DNA from: Fibrobacteria bacterium
GTDB lineage: Bacteria > Fibrobacterota > Fibrobacteria > UBA11236
NCBI GenBank assembly: GCA_043745805.1
Contig: JAYTSD010000001.1
Coordinates: 32,001-96,000 of the forward strand
Direction of reading: 5' to 3'
DNA: 64,000 nucleotides
The notes beneath the pieces were generated by a model. It had not been told where the DNA came from. It worked only from the letters and a program-made list of their open reading frames with translations, and did not search any database. Shown here in pieces: positions 38,801 to 48,827 of the stretch (position 1 is its first letter; every line of letters begins with the position of its first letter). A program made the translations under genes and the position numbers.

Positions 38801-39283
38801 TCACTGAGCTTGCCGAATTGACTCCGATTCTGTTTTTTGTTTCAACGCTTGGTATTCTAGACTTTGTTTAACCGCAGCGGCAATTTTTTTTTCGCGTTGT
38901 TTCTCTTGAGTTAAGCAAACTTTGCCTCTGGCGCTGGCGATATAGGCGTTTTCAATTTTTTGTTCTAGGGTATACTTCCTTTGTAGTAACTCCTGAATAG
39001 CCGTATCATTAGGGTTAACGTCTTTAAGTTTTGCCTCCAAAAGGGCTTGGTCAAGAGAAGCGAGATCTTTTTCATTAAGTCTAGCTACTTTTAAAAACTC
39101 CTGTTTTTCTTGACGACAAATGCGCAAGTTTTTTTGATCAGTAGGGGTTAATACTTTTACTGTTAAAGCTCTTTGCAAAGAATCCAGTCTGATTCTAGCA
39201 GGAATTGTTTCTTGGCTAAATTGGCTGAAGGATGGGGCGCTGAATAAACTTAATAGGACGAAAAATAAGGTAATTTTTAACAT
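38801..39283 (-). CDS. Hypothetical exported helical protein
   Basis: MLKITLFFVLLSLFSAPSFS signal peptide (ATG at 39283). Confidence 0.6.
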   Translation of the reverse strand: MLKITLFFVLLSLFSAPSFSQFSQETIPARIRLDSLQRALTVKVLTPTDQKNLRICRQEKQEFLKVARLNEKDLASLDQALLEAKLKDVNPNDTAIQELLQRKYTLEQKIENAYIASARGKVCLTQEKQREKKIAAAVKQSLEYQALKQKTESESIRQAQ

Positions 39284-39360
39284 GCGTTCAAAAATAACAA
39301 AAAACAGCGCGTAACATATTCTCAGGAAATACGACTTAGCTGGGGTAGAACTGGAGCCGG

Positions 39361-40140
39361 TTGCCAATGACAAAGTCGATAAAACTTATACTTCCATTCA
39401 TCGCTCTTTTATTCGCAATGCCTCGGTCTTTACTCGCTATTGAAACTTCAATACTTAATTCAAAAATGGAAAGTGGTTTTGCGATAGTGGAGCTTTTTAC
39501 CTCCGAAGGTTGTTCGAGTTGTCCACCTGCCGACCGTTTACTTTCCGATTTAGCCGAAGAGGCCTCGCGCAAAGGCAAACCTATTTATGCCTTATCCTTT
39601 CATGTGGATTATTGGAATTATTTGGGCTGGAAAGATCCCTTCGGCCGCAAAGAATTTTCTCTAAGACAAGAAAAATATGCCCAAGCAATGGCAGGCCGCA
39701 TTTATACTCCCCAAATGATTATTAATGGGAAAGAAGAATTTACGGGTTCTGATGCCGATAAAGCTAATAGCATCATTGCCTCCCAGTTAGCGCAGAAAAA
39801 CCCAGTAGCTATTAATTTAGAAGTTCAACTTGCGCAGGGAAAACATAGCGTAACCATAAAGTATCGTATCGCAGGTAATACTTCTGGGATTTTGATCAAT
39901 TTGGCATTGGTTGAAAAGGGCTTAAGCATCTCGGTAAAAAATGGAGAAAATGGAGGGCGTATTTTACATCATGATAATGTTGTCCGCTCCTTTAAAACCT
40001 TTAAACTGGAAGCGGCAACCGGACAAGCTGAACTCGAAATTCCAGAGGGTGTAAAATTGGAAAACGCTTCATTAATCGTATATACACAAGAAACGCAATC
40101 ATTGTCTGTGGTGGCCGCTACACGTATCGGTTTACATTGA
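39361..40140 (+). CDS. DUF1223 thioredoxin-like exported protein
   Basis: VELFTSEGCSSCPPAD, HVDYW, YTPQ, GENGGR. Confidence 0.9.
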   Translation: MPMTKSIKLILPFIALLFAMPRSLLAIETSILNSKMESGFAIVELFTSEGCSSCPPADRLLSDLAEEASRKGKPIYALSFHVDYWNYLGWKDPFGRKEFSLRQEKYAQAMAGRIYTPQMIINGKEEFTGSDADKANSIIASQLAQKNPVAINLEVQLAQGKHSVTIKYRIAGNTSGILINLALVEKGLSISVKNGENGGRILHHDNVVRSFKTFKLEAATGQAELEIPEGVKLENASLIVYTQETQSLSVVAATRIGLH

Positions 40141-40313
40141 ATTAACCATAGTTTTCGCGGTTTATTATTTACCCAACAACTTCTCCCAAACGCTGATTTT
40201 TTTTCGCTAGCCATTAATCGAGAGGTTACCAGTTATTACCTTTTTAGGGATAATTAGTTGTCCAGCTAATTAGGTAAACTGAAAACATCAATCAAAGAAA
40301 TAAGAGGCTTCGC

Positions 40314-41135
40314 ATGAAAAAACTTCTCGCCTTCTTAATAGTAACTTACGCTATTCCGGTACTTGCAGTGCATTCTTATTTCACTTTCAAGGGCGTGATT
40401 GGGATCGTTACGGGTAATGACAGTGCTTCCTATGTTTATGCCCAGAATATTCATGTTAACGATTCGGTTACCTATATTATGGCCATTGATACGACTTTGG
40501 CACCGGCTATTGATAGAAAAGGATTCGCGAGAATTACTTCTACTAAAACACCTGTACCTGGAGTCGCTGCTTTTTTTGACTCTTTAGCTTCAATTCCTAA
40601 ATTTGTTAAAGGCAAAGGGGATTCCTCTATCTTGTACGATTGTATTCGCGCCTCGGCGCCACCTACTGGCTTTGCATTCACCTTACAAACTATATATACC
40701 GGCATTGATACCAACATCAACGTACAACTTTCATTTCCTGGATCTTCATGGTTACCTTCCTTAGGCGCCCAGGGAACGGGAGCAGAAATTATGGCTACCA
40801 AAGTAAATGGGGTGAATCATACGGCGACTATTTACAGTCAAATGAAATTAGTTGCGATTAGCAATACACCGCCCACTGCAGGGATTCAAAACCAAACTGT
40901 AAATAAATTGTCCCCCGCTTGGGCCGATGCACAGTTGGTCGGAAATACTTTGAATATAAAGAATTATTCTCAAAGTTCAGCCGAAATACGTATCCTGAAT
41001 GTTACGGGTAAAACTTTGCGCTTGCAAAAAATAAAAGCTTTGGAAGCATTAGTTTTGTCCGAGTTACCCAAAGGGGTATTTTATTTGCGCCTTTCCGGTG
41101 AAGGCTCAATTTTGCAACAATCCTTTAGGCATTGA
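40314..41135 (+). CDS. Secreted protein with a T9SS-like C-terminal domain
   Basis: Signal peptide; ILNVTGK...LPKGVFYLRL tail. Confidence 0.7.
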   Translation: MKKLLAFLIVTYAIPVLAVHSYFTFKGVIGIVTGNDSASYVYAQNIHVNDSVTYIMAIDTTLAPAIDRKGFARITSTKTPVPGVAAFFDSLASIPKFVKGKGDSSILYDCIRASAPPTGFAFTLQTIYTGIDTNINVQLSFPGSSWLPSLGAQGTGAEIMATKVNGVNHTATIYSQMKLVAISNTPPTAGIQNQTVNKLSPAWADAQLVGNTLNIKNYSQSSAEIRILNVTGKTLRLQKIKALEALVLSELPKGVFYLRLSGEGSILQQSFRH

Positions 41136-41292
41136 TCTGTAATCGCAAGTGTCTTGTCTTGGCAGCTCTTGTCAAGGGAGAGCATGAGTTTGTAATAACC
41201 TTCGACGCAGATTTAGAAAATTTATTTTTACATACCCCAGATTTACATAGAAGTAATTAGCTTTTTCTCACGTTCAAATTAAAGGGAAATTC

Positions 41293-41967
41293 ATGAAAAA
41301 CCAAAATATTGTTTTAATTAGTGTCATCAGCTTGAGCTTAGGTTTAAGTTTTGCGGAAAGCAAATATGGCGCGAGCCTTAAGTCGGCAGCTACTTCCGCA
41401 GGCGCTTCTGTTGAAGCAACCAAGAAAAAGGCAGAAGATTCTGCAAAAATGGTGGCGGAGTCAGCTGCCAAAAAAACTTCAGATTCTTTGAAGACCGTTG
41501 CGGCAACTGCTGAAATGAATGCCAAAAGAATCGCAGACTCTTTAAAAGCAATAGTTTTAAAAACCCATAAAGATTCAACCAAAAAAGTTACTCCGGCCCC
41601 AACATCTGCGCCTGTTGAAAATACCAAGGTGGAAACCACCGCTCCAGCCCCTGTCGCCAAAGCTAGCGCTTCTGCAAAAATTGCTTTTGGAACCTCGGTG
41701 GAAGATAAAGAAATCCAAGGGGAAGCTACTGAATTTGCAGCGGGCACCGTAAGTACTTGGAGCCGTTTAGCTTTAGGCGCTGGTGCGGTTAAAGTGAAGC
41801 ATGTTTGGTATAAAGAAGGTAAAATGGTTAAAGAAATTGCCATGACTAGTAAATCCGGTACGGGTCGGGTTTGGAGTAACGCTACGGTTACTGCTGGTAA
41901 ATGGAAAGTGGAAGTCGTTTCTGAAGCAGGTGACATTGTTGCTTCTGGCGAATTTACTGTAAAGTAA
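41293..41967 (+). CDS. Exported DUF2914-like protein with an Ala/Lys-rich linker
   Basis: V.HVWY.EG...RVWS...GKWKVEV...F.V. Confidence 0.75.
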   Translation: MKNQNIVLISVISLSLGLSFAESKYGASLKSAATSAGASVEATKKKAEDSAKMVAESAAKKTSDSLKTVAATAEMNAKRIADSLKAIVLKTHKDSTKKVTPAPTSAPVENTKVETTAPAPVAKASASAKIAFGTSVEDKEIQGEATEFAAGTVSTWSRLALGAGAVKVKHVWYKEGKMVKEIAMTSKSGTGRVWSNATVTAGKWKVEVVSEAGDIVASGEFTVK

Positions 41968-42012
41968 TCGAAATATTCTTCAATATTAAATTGAGGGAGA
42001 TTTTATGTATTA

Positions 42013-42048
42013 AAAATCCGAAGTGAACAAAAACAGCTTCGGATTTTT
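42013..42048. terminator. Bidirectional terminator
   Basis: AAAATCCGAAG...CTTCGGATTTT between convergent genes. Confidence 0.75.
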
Positions 42049-43157
42049 TATGCATGTTTTAAAGCTGGGCTTTTATTTTTTTCTTTTCTTGATGCGGCCA
42101 GCTGTAAAATTTTCCTGGAAATTTGTTGAAGCGGTAATATATGATTTGCGGCTCCAAGAACAATTGCTTCTTTAGGCATTCCAAAAACTATCGAAGACGC
42201 TTCATCTTGTGCAATTGTAGCTGCTCCGGTACGCTGCATTTGCAATAACCCTTGTGCACCATCTTTACCCATTCCTGTAAGTAAAACTCCAATTGCGGTG
42301 TGAGCTGCATACTTTGCAACGGATTGAAATAATTCATCGACGGAAGGCCTATGTCCATTTACTAAAGGACCAGATCCAATATGAACACGATAATTAGGAC
42401 CCGAACGATAAACTTTCATATGATAACTTCCGGGGGCTATTAAGGCGCGACCAGGGACTACAAAGTCTCCATCGGCAGCTTCCTTGACTTCAATATTGCA
42501 CAAATTATTTAGGCGTTCCGCAAAGGATCGAGTAAAATGTTGCGGCATATGTTGCACAACTAATAGTCCTGGAGTATTGGTAGGTAAGGTGGTTAATAAA
42601 CTTTCAATCGCCTGAGTTCCTCCTGTGGAAGCTCCAATGGCAATCATGGAAGCAGAGTTTGCGGAAGAGGAAAAATTATGATTCTCAGAACAGGGAGTTT
42701 GGGCGTTTTTTTCTTTAATAAAAAACTTAACCTGCGCAGCTGATTTTATTTTTTCCCGCAATTCAAAAATCATTTCCTGTTTTGAATAGGATAAATGGGG
42801 TTTGCATAATACTTCTACGGCCCCTATATCCATTGCTTTTAAGGCAGTTTCACCACCAAGCCGACTTAGAGAAGAAACAATAATAACTGGAAGAGGGTAA
42901 TGTTGCATTAGGCATTGTAAAAAATTTAAGCCATTCATACGCGGCATTTCTATATCTAAAGTAAGAACATCGGGTTTGAGCTTTAAAATCAATTCCCTAG
43001 CAATAAAGGGATTCGACGCTACACCAACTACTTCAATATCTGGATCAAGGGCTAATTGTGAAGAGAATACTTCCTGAATAATTGGAGAATCGTCGATGAT
43101 TAAAACTCGAATAAGTTTGTGATTAGTGGGATTCGATTTTAAAAAAGTCTTTTGCAC
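42048..43157 (-). CDS. cheB: Chemotaxis methylesterase CheB (REC plus methylesterase); start uncertain
   Basis: DIEMP receiver; GASTGG, QHMP, GMGKDG catalytic motifs. Confidence 0.92.
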   Translation of the reverse strand: MQKTFLKSNPTNHKLIRVLIIDDSPIIQEVFSSQLALDPDIEVVGVASNPFIARELILKLKPDVLTLDIEMPRMNGLNFLQCLMQHYPLPVIIVSSLSRLGGETALKAMDIGAVEVLCKPHLSYSKQEMIFELREKIKSAAQVKFFIKEKNAQTPCSENHNFSSSANSASMIAIGASTGGTQAIESLLTTLPTNTPGLLVVQHMPQHFTRSFAERLNNLCNIEVKEAADGDFVVPGRALIAPGSYHMKVYRSGPNYRVHIGSGPLVNGHRPSVDELFQSVAKYAAHTAIGVLLTGMGKDGAQGLLQMQRTGAATIAQDEASSIVFGMPKEAIVLGAANHILPLQQISRKILQLAASRKEKNKSPALKHA

Positions 43158-43169
43158 AGAGCTATACAA

Positions 43170-43185
43170 GGCAAATGCCATGCCA
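43170..43185 (-). promoter_or_regulatory. Sigma54 promoter upstream of cheB
   Basis: TGGCATGGCATTTGCC, GG-N10-GC. Confidence 0.6.
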
Positions 43186-43353
43186 TGATTTAAAAAAAAG
43201 CACAATAGACACTTCTGAAGGTATTTTTGAGGTTACTGTAATGTTTTCGAAAATTAAGGGGTGGCTAAATAATCAACCCTTTAGGGCTTGATTCTAATAA
43301 GTCCAAGCTTTTCGGGTAGTTAAAGAAAAATGTGTTTTAGGCACTGATAAAAA

Positions 43354-44121
43354 TTAGGCAGCCTTTTGATCTGAAACCGAATCTGCTTTTTCTCTCTTGG
43401 AAGTTATTGTATTTAGATTTTTGAGATAATCTTCTATTTGCCGTGGAGATGGGGTTACGTCTACTTTGTTGATTTCGCGAGAAGAAAATATGACAAGTAA
43501 AAAGAAAAGAAAAAGTCCAATTACAATTTGCCCTGTAGTGCGACTTTCTACAGCTACACTTGCGCTCGCTTCATCTTGTTTATTTCTTTTCATAGCAAGG
43601 TTTACTGCAACATCAATTTTATTGCGATGTAACTTGTAAAGGGGCTCTATTTTGTTGTTTAAAATTTGTTCCGCAAGAAGTTTGTTTCCAGCTTCGATGG
43701 CAGGTAAAAATTCTTTTTCCATAATTTCCACTAATTGAAATCCAGGAATATAGGAATCGTTTGTTAGCGAGGTTTTGAGTTCATCATCGGGTAAAATTTT
43801 AACCCAAGTATTATGATTGAGCACGTAATCTACTTTCAATTTTTTCGCTTTGTTGAGTAATGTTTCCGTCTCTTGTATGTTACTGCTATGCAACAATTCA
43901 AAAAGGGTGAGGTAGGTTTCAACAAGGTATTCTGGCGGCGGCAGTATGTCCGCGATAACATCTTTGCCTTGCACAATCCGTTTATAATGCGGTCCATTCA
44001 CTCGAACTTCCTGAACGGTGTTGAGGCAATAGAGCCCATAAAGCAAAAAACAAAACAGGTAAATAATGGCCATCAGGGCTATCTTTGTTGTTGAATGGGA
44101 TTGGCGTGTGAAAAGTGCCAT
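43354..44121 (-). CDS. Chemoreceptor-type periplasmic sensor with 2 TMs but no cytoplasmic signalling domain
   Basis: VNGPHY.RIVQGKDVIADILPPPEYLVE sensor motif; only ~40 aa after TM2. Confidence 0.7.
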   Translation of the reverse strand: MALFTRQSHSTTKIALMAIIYLFCFLLYGLYCLNTVQEVRVNGPHYKRIVQGKDVIADILPPPEYLVETYLTLFELLHSSNIQETETLLNKAKKLKVDYVLNHNTWVKILPDDELKTSLTNDSYIPGFQLVEIMEKEFLPAIEAGNKLLAEQILNNKIEPLYKLHRNKIDVAVNLAMKRNKQDEASASVAVESRTTGQIVIGLFLFFLLVIFSSREINKVDVTPSPRQIEDYLKNLNTITSKREKADSVSDQKAA

Positions 44122-44233
44122 GCTTACCTCAATGTATGATAGGTTCAATTATAACTCTTGAATCGCACAATCGCAAAATATTAAAATCTTAAATTGGAAA
44201 AGGCCTTCCTTCATGGACAATCCCTAAAATTCT

Positions 44234-47149
44234 ATGTCTGCAAAAGATAAAGATTTAAAAAATAAACCCAGTTTACCTTGGTGGACATGGGTATTGCCTT
44301 TACTTATCTTCCATTTTGGTACGGGCCTATCTCTTAATTTTCAGATTTCTCAACGCATGTCGCTGTGGTATTTACCTGTCCCTTTGGGATTATTTCTCAT
44401 TCATTGGTGGGGACCACGCGTTCTTTTAGGATTGTATTTAAATGCCTTACTTTGTGCGGGCTACTGGGGTTTTAATCATTGGTGGTTTTGGCCACTTTAT
44501 GCTTTACCCGAAACCCTGAAAGTCGGACTTTCTTGGTTGCTATTTACCAGAATTTTGAAAGGAAAAGTTTGGCTTCCTGATTTATCTAACATGTGGCGTT
44601 TCCTACTCTTTGGCATGATTACTCCATGTTTTCTCGGCAGTGTTTTCGGAGAAGCATTATTTATAGTCTTGGGTGATTTTCATCCCGAACACTGGTGGCA
44701 TGAGGCCTATGTGCAATTTGTGCTCGATATACTTTGCCCATTTGCTATCACTGTGCCGGCGCTCCTATTTGCCACCGCTTACATTGAAAAATTCAAGTTG
44801 TCTATGACACAAGGCGCGTATCCTTGCTCGGCGTTAGTATTATCAGGACGTATTACGCGGTTGATGATGTATGAAGTCATAGCTTTATTTTCAGGATTAC
44901 TAATTTTGAGTCTATGCGTTTCATTAGAAACGTATTGGTTCGTCTACGGTGTATTTTTGATTTGGGGGGCTTTACGTTTTGGTATTGGCGTGGCATCCAT
45001 TGGAACGATATGGACTATTTGTTTGGCAATATTGTTTCCCGCTTTATTATCTAATCATTTTGCATCCTTATGGTTGACTCGATCGGATTTGCTTAAAGTC
45101 AATTTGAATTTGGCAACGCTTTGTTTTGCAGCCTTAGTCGTTGGTCGTGCCTTAAGTGATGTCTTTCAAGAAATCGAAACGCGTAAACAGGCTGAATCCA
45201 GTTTAAAAATTAGCGAAAATAAATATCGACTATTATTTGAATCCGCTTCCGATGCCATTATTTTGGGAGATAAGGGAATAATATTCGATTGTAATAAACG
45301 CGCCTTGGAAATGCTTGGGGCCAAACTTGAAGACATTATTGGTTCACATTCTTCTCGTTTTTTTCAATCACAATTGCCCGATGGTAGCGATGCTGTAACT
45401 GTCATGTCCAAGTTACGGTCGGAAGCCTTGGATGGCCACCCTCAATTTTTCGAATGGAAAGTAAAACGCCTTGATGGCAGCTTGATCAATACGGAAATAA
45501 CCTTTAGAGGCGTGGATTTAGATGGGAAACGTATCATTATGGCCGTAATACACGATATTACGCAAAGAAAAAAGATGGAGCGGGCGGTTTTTGAAAGTGA
45601 ATATCGACATCGTACTTTGTTTGAATCTGCAAATGATGCCATTGTAGTTTCGGAAAATGGTTTGATATTGGATTGTAATCATCGCACCACCGAGCTATTT
45701 GGATTTACCCGTGAGCAAATGATAGGTTTTCCAGCCACTATGGGTTTTCCCGATTTCCAACCTAATGGAGTTCGGACTGCTGACTTAGTTCTCAGCCATC
45801 GTCTTGCGGCATTGGAAGGAACTCCGCAAAGCTATGAACTGTTACAAAAAAAAGCCGACGGTAGCACCTTTGAAACGGAAACTACTTTAGCCCCAGTAAT
45901 TTTAGAAGGGCGGCGTATTATCCAAGTGGTGATTCGCGATATTTCGCAGCGCAAAAAAATAGAAAGGGCTTTGGTGGAAAGCGAAGAGCGCTTTAGGCAA
46001 ATGGCCGAAAATATACAGGAGATTTTTTTCTTATTGGATAAAGCCACTCAAACCATGCTTTATGTCAGTCCGATTGCGGAATCTTTATTAGGTGTCCCTT
46101 TAGAAAATGTGATTAATCGACCTTTGGCAATTGACGAACGCATGCATCCGGAAGATAGGGAACGGGTAGGATTTTTTAAAGATGGGGCTTGGTATAAGCG
46201 TACATTCAATGAAGATTTTCGTTTTATTCGTCCCGACGGAGTAACTCGATGGTTACGGATGCGGACATTCTTGATTCCTGATAATGAAGGCCGTATTTAC
46301 CGTGTAGCAGGTGTGGCAACGGATATAACCGAATATAAAACCGCACAGGAAGAGACGCGCAATCATCAACAAAAGTTAGTGCAGGCCGATAAAATGAACT
46401 CCTTGGGACAAATGGTTTCTGGAGTGGCTCATGAAATCAATAATCCGAATAATTTGATAATGTTGAATGCGGATGTAATGGATACTTTTTGGAAACATTT
46501 ACGCCCTGCGCTTAGAGATTATTTTGCTCGCTATCCCGATTGGAAACTTGCGAATATTCCTTATGACAAAGCGGAAGGTAAATATGAAACTCTCTTGCAG
46601 GGGATTACGGGTGGTGCAAAGCGTATTAAAAATATAGTTGATAATTTAAAAGATTTTGCACGAGTGAATCATGGGGATCTTTCTGAATCAATCGTCATAG
46701 AAAAAGTTATCGCTGCTTCTATAGGGATTGTGGATCATTTAATTAGAAAATCTACGAATCATTTCCAGGTATTGAACGGTGAAAATATTCCTCCGATTTT
46801 AGGTAACTTTCAAAAACTGGAGCAAGTAATTATTAATTTAATTACTAATGCTTGCCAAGCCTTGGCATCGAGTTCCCATGCGATTCGTATTGAGACTTGG
46901 TTTGATAAAGAAAATGAAAGAGTAGGTATTCGCGTGGAAGATGAAGGAATAGGTATACCCGAGAATTTTTTGCGAATGGTTACCGATCCATTCTTTACCA
47001 CGAAACGAGATAGTGGAGGAACGGGTTTAGGGCTATCCGTTTCCTATGGAATTATTCGTGAACATAAAGGTACTTTGGAAATTCAATCCCAAGAAAATCA
47101 TGGAACCAAAGTGGAAATAATGTTACCTGCTAGGAATCCTAAGCTATGA
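44234..47149 (+). CDS. MASE1-PAS(x3) sensor histidine kinase
   Basis: Multi-TM N-terminus, three PAS/PAC domains, AHEINNP H-box, NLITNA, D.GIGI, FFTTK, GTGLGL. Confidence 0.92.
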   Translation: MSAKDKDLKNKPSLPWWTWVLPLLIFHFGTGLSLNFQISQRMSLWYLPVPLGLFLIHWWGPRVLLGLYLNALLCAGYWGFNHWWFWPLYALPETLKVGLSWLLFTRILKGKVWLPDLSNMWRFLLFGMITPCFLGSVFGEALFIVLGDFHPEHWWHEAYVQFVLDILCPFAITVPALLFATAYIEKFKLSMTQGAYPCSALVLSGRITRLMMYEVIALFSGLLILSLCVSLETYWFVYGVFLIWGALRFGIGVASIGTIWTICLAILFPALLSNHFASLWLTRSDLLKVNLNLATLCFAALVVGRALSDVFQEIETRKQAESSLKISENKYRLLFESASDAIILGDKGIIFDCNKRALEMLGAKLEDIIGSHSSRFFQSQLPDGSDAVTVMSKLRSEALDGHPQFFEWKVKRLDGSLINTEITFRGVDLDGKRIIMAVIHDITQRKKMERAVFESEYRHRTLFESANDAIVVSENGLILDCNHRTTELFGFTREQMIGFPATMGFPDFQPNGVRTADLVLSHRLAALEGTPQSYELLQKKADGSTFETETTLAPVILEGRRIIQVVIRDISQRKKIERALVESEERFRQMAENIQEIFFLLDKATQTMLYVSPIAESLLGVPLENVINRPLAIDERMHPEDRERVGFFKDGAWYKRTFNEDFRFIRPDGVTRWLRMRTFLIPDNEGRIYRVAGVATDITEYKTAQEETRNHQQKLVQADKMNSLGQMVSGVAHEINNPNNLIMLNADVMDTFWKHLRPALRDYFARYPDWKLANIPYDKAEGKYETLLQGITGGAKRIKNIVDNLKDFARVNHGDLSESIVIEKVIAASIGIVDHLIRKSTNHFQVLNGENIPPILGNFQKLEQVIINLITNACQALASSSHAIRIETWFDKENERVGIRVEDEGIGIPENFLRMVTDPFFTTKRDSGGTGLGLSVSYGIIREHKGTLEIQSQENHGTKVEIMLPARNPKL

Positions 47150-47189
47150 ATTTTTTCTATCCTTTGCATAAGGGGATAAGGTAACTCCT

Positions 47190-48827
47190 ATGTTTCGCCC
47201 AAGTTCTTCTATCGCTTTAATGGTTATTGTAACAATTGTAACAGTTATTACCTTAATATTAAGCTTATTTGGGTTTTCTAATTATAGAGTAAATCAGGAA
47301 AGAGAATGGAAACAGCTTAATCAAGATCTTGCTGCCGAATCAGAACAGGCAGCGGTTTCACTGGCCTTACCCATTTGGAATATAGATAGACCACAAATCG
47401 AAAAAATCTTAGAAAGTGTCATGCTTAATCGTATGGTTTACGGATTGATTTTGGAGCTTGAAGACGAACACCACACGACAATTCTTAGAGATAGGGATGA
47501 GAAATGGAGGGTTCGTATACCAGGACATTCGATTGAACAGGCTGGTTTATTGACGAATTCGAATGCTATTGCGACTGGATCACAACTGCTAGGTCATGTT
47601 ACCGTTTATGGATCGGCAAAGTTTATTGAAACAAATTTGCGAGCCTTTTTGTATTGGACTATTGCCAGTATTTTGTTGTTGGACATAATTCTTTCTTTAG
47701 GATTGTATTTCTTACTTTGGTACTGGGTTTTTCAGCCTTTGAAGAAAATTGAAAGTTACGCTGTAGCCCTTAATCACTCTGGCTCTGCGACGATTGGGAT
47801 TTCGGGAGGTCGATTTTATGGTGAATTAGAAAGTCTGCGATCCCATTTGGAGCAAATGGTGGTTCAATTGAACATGCGTTATCTAGAATTACAGAAAGAA
47901 ACCAAACAGCGAAAATTGACAGAAACGGCCTTGCGGGAAAGCGATAATCGATTTCGGCAAATGGCCGAAAATATTGAGGAAATTTTCTTTTTAATCGATC
48001 AACCCACCGAAGCCTTACTTTATTTAAGTCCTATTTCAATTTCAATTTTAGGTTATTCTCCTGATGAAATTATTCCGCAATGGCAAGATTTTAAAAAATT
48101 CTGGAATACAGAGGATATGCAAAGAATTGGTTTTTATGATCATGGAGCTTGGTATAAAAAAGCCTTCAACGAGGAATTCCGTTGGAATCGTCCCGATTGG
48201 AAACCGGCAAATATTCCTTATGATAAGGCGGAAGAAAAATATGAAACTCTTTTGCAGGGGATTTCGGGCGGGGCCAAACGTATTCAAAATATCGTAGGTA
48301 GTTTGAAAGATTTTGCACGCCTTGACGCAGGTGAAATTTCCGAGCCTATTCTGATAGAAAAGGTTATTGAAGCGGCCATTGGAATAGTCGATCATTTGAT
48401 CAAAAAATCAACTCATCATTTTAAGGTTGAAATTGGCAATAATATTCCTAGAATAAAAGGACGTTTTCAAAAACTAGAACAAGTTATTATTAATCTTATT
48501 ACTAACGCCTGCCAGTCATTGGAATCCCGCGAGAAGTCCATTTCCATTCACGTTTGCTATTCAGAAGATATCAAGAGGGTATGTCTTCGCGTAGAAGATC
48601 AAGGTTGTGGTATTACTGCAAATCTACTCAATAAAGTTACCGATCCTTTTTTTACCACTAAGCGAGATATGGGTGGAACCGGCCTCGGTCTTTCGGTAAC
48701 CTATGGAATTATTAAGGAACATCAAGGAGCCATAGAAATTCAATCCATTGAGCATTTGGGAACAAAGGTGGAAATTTTGCTTCCCATTTACCCAGAAAAA
48801 AATAAGGGGAATAATTATGCACCATGA
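47190..48827 (+). CDS. Membrane sensor kinase paralogue lacking the HisKA H-box (in-frame internal deletion)
   Basis: TM-periplasmic-TM-HAMP-like-partial PAS, then HATPase; no HEINNP. Confidence 0.8.
   Translation: MFRPSSSIALMVIVTIVTVITLILSLFGFSNYRVNQEREWKQLNQDLAAESEQAAVSLALPIWNIDRPQIEKILESVMLNRMVYGLILELEDEHHTTILRDRDEKWRVRIPGHSIEQAGLLTNSNAIATGSQLLGHVTVYGSAKFIETNLRAFLYWTIASILLLDIILSLGLYFLLWYWVFQPLKKIESYAVALNHSGSATIGISGGRFYGELESLRSHLEQMVVQLNMRYLELQKETKQRKLTETALRESDNRFRQMAENIEEIFFLIDQPTEALLYLSPISISILGYSPDEIIPQWQDFKKFWNTEDMQRIGFYDHGAWYKKAFNEEFRWNRPDWKPANIPYDKAEEKYETLLQGISGGAKRIQNIVGSLKDFARLDAGEISEPILIEKVIEAAIGIVDHLIKKSTHHFKVEIGNNIPRIKGRFQKLEQVIINLITNACQSLESREKSISIHVCYSEDIKRVCLRVEDQGCGITANLLNKVTDPFFTTKRDMGGTGLGLSVTYGIIKEHQGAIEIQSIEHLGTKVEILLPIYPEKNKGNNYAP

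Larger units (their letters stand above)
36947..38817. repeat. Three short REP-like motifs (36947-36960, 38704-38716 inverted, 38804-38817)
   Basis: CTGAGCTTGTCGAA, TCGACAAGCTCTG and CTGAGCTTGCCGAA. Confidence 0.5.

Noticed and set aside
41274-41936. 220-aa minus-strand ORF
   Set aside because: Antisense shadow of the DUF2914-like gene.
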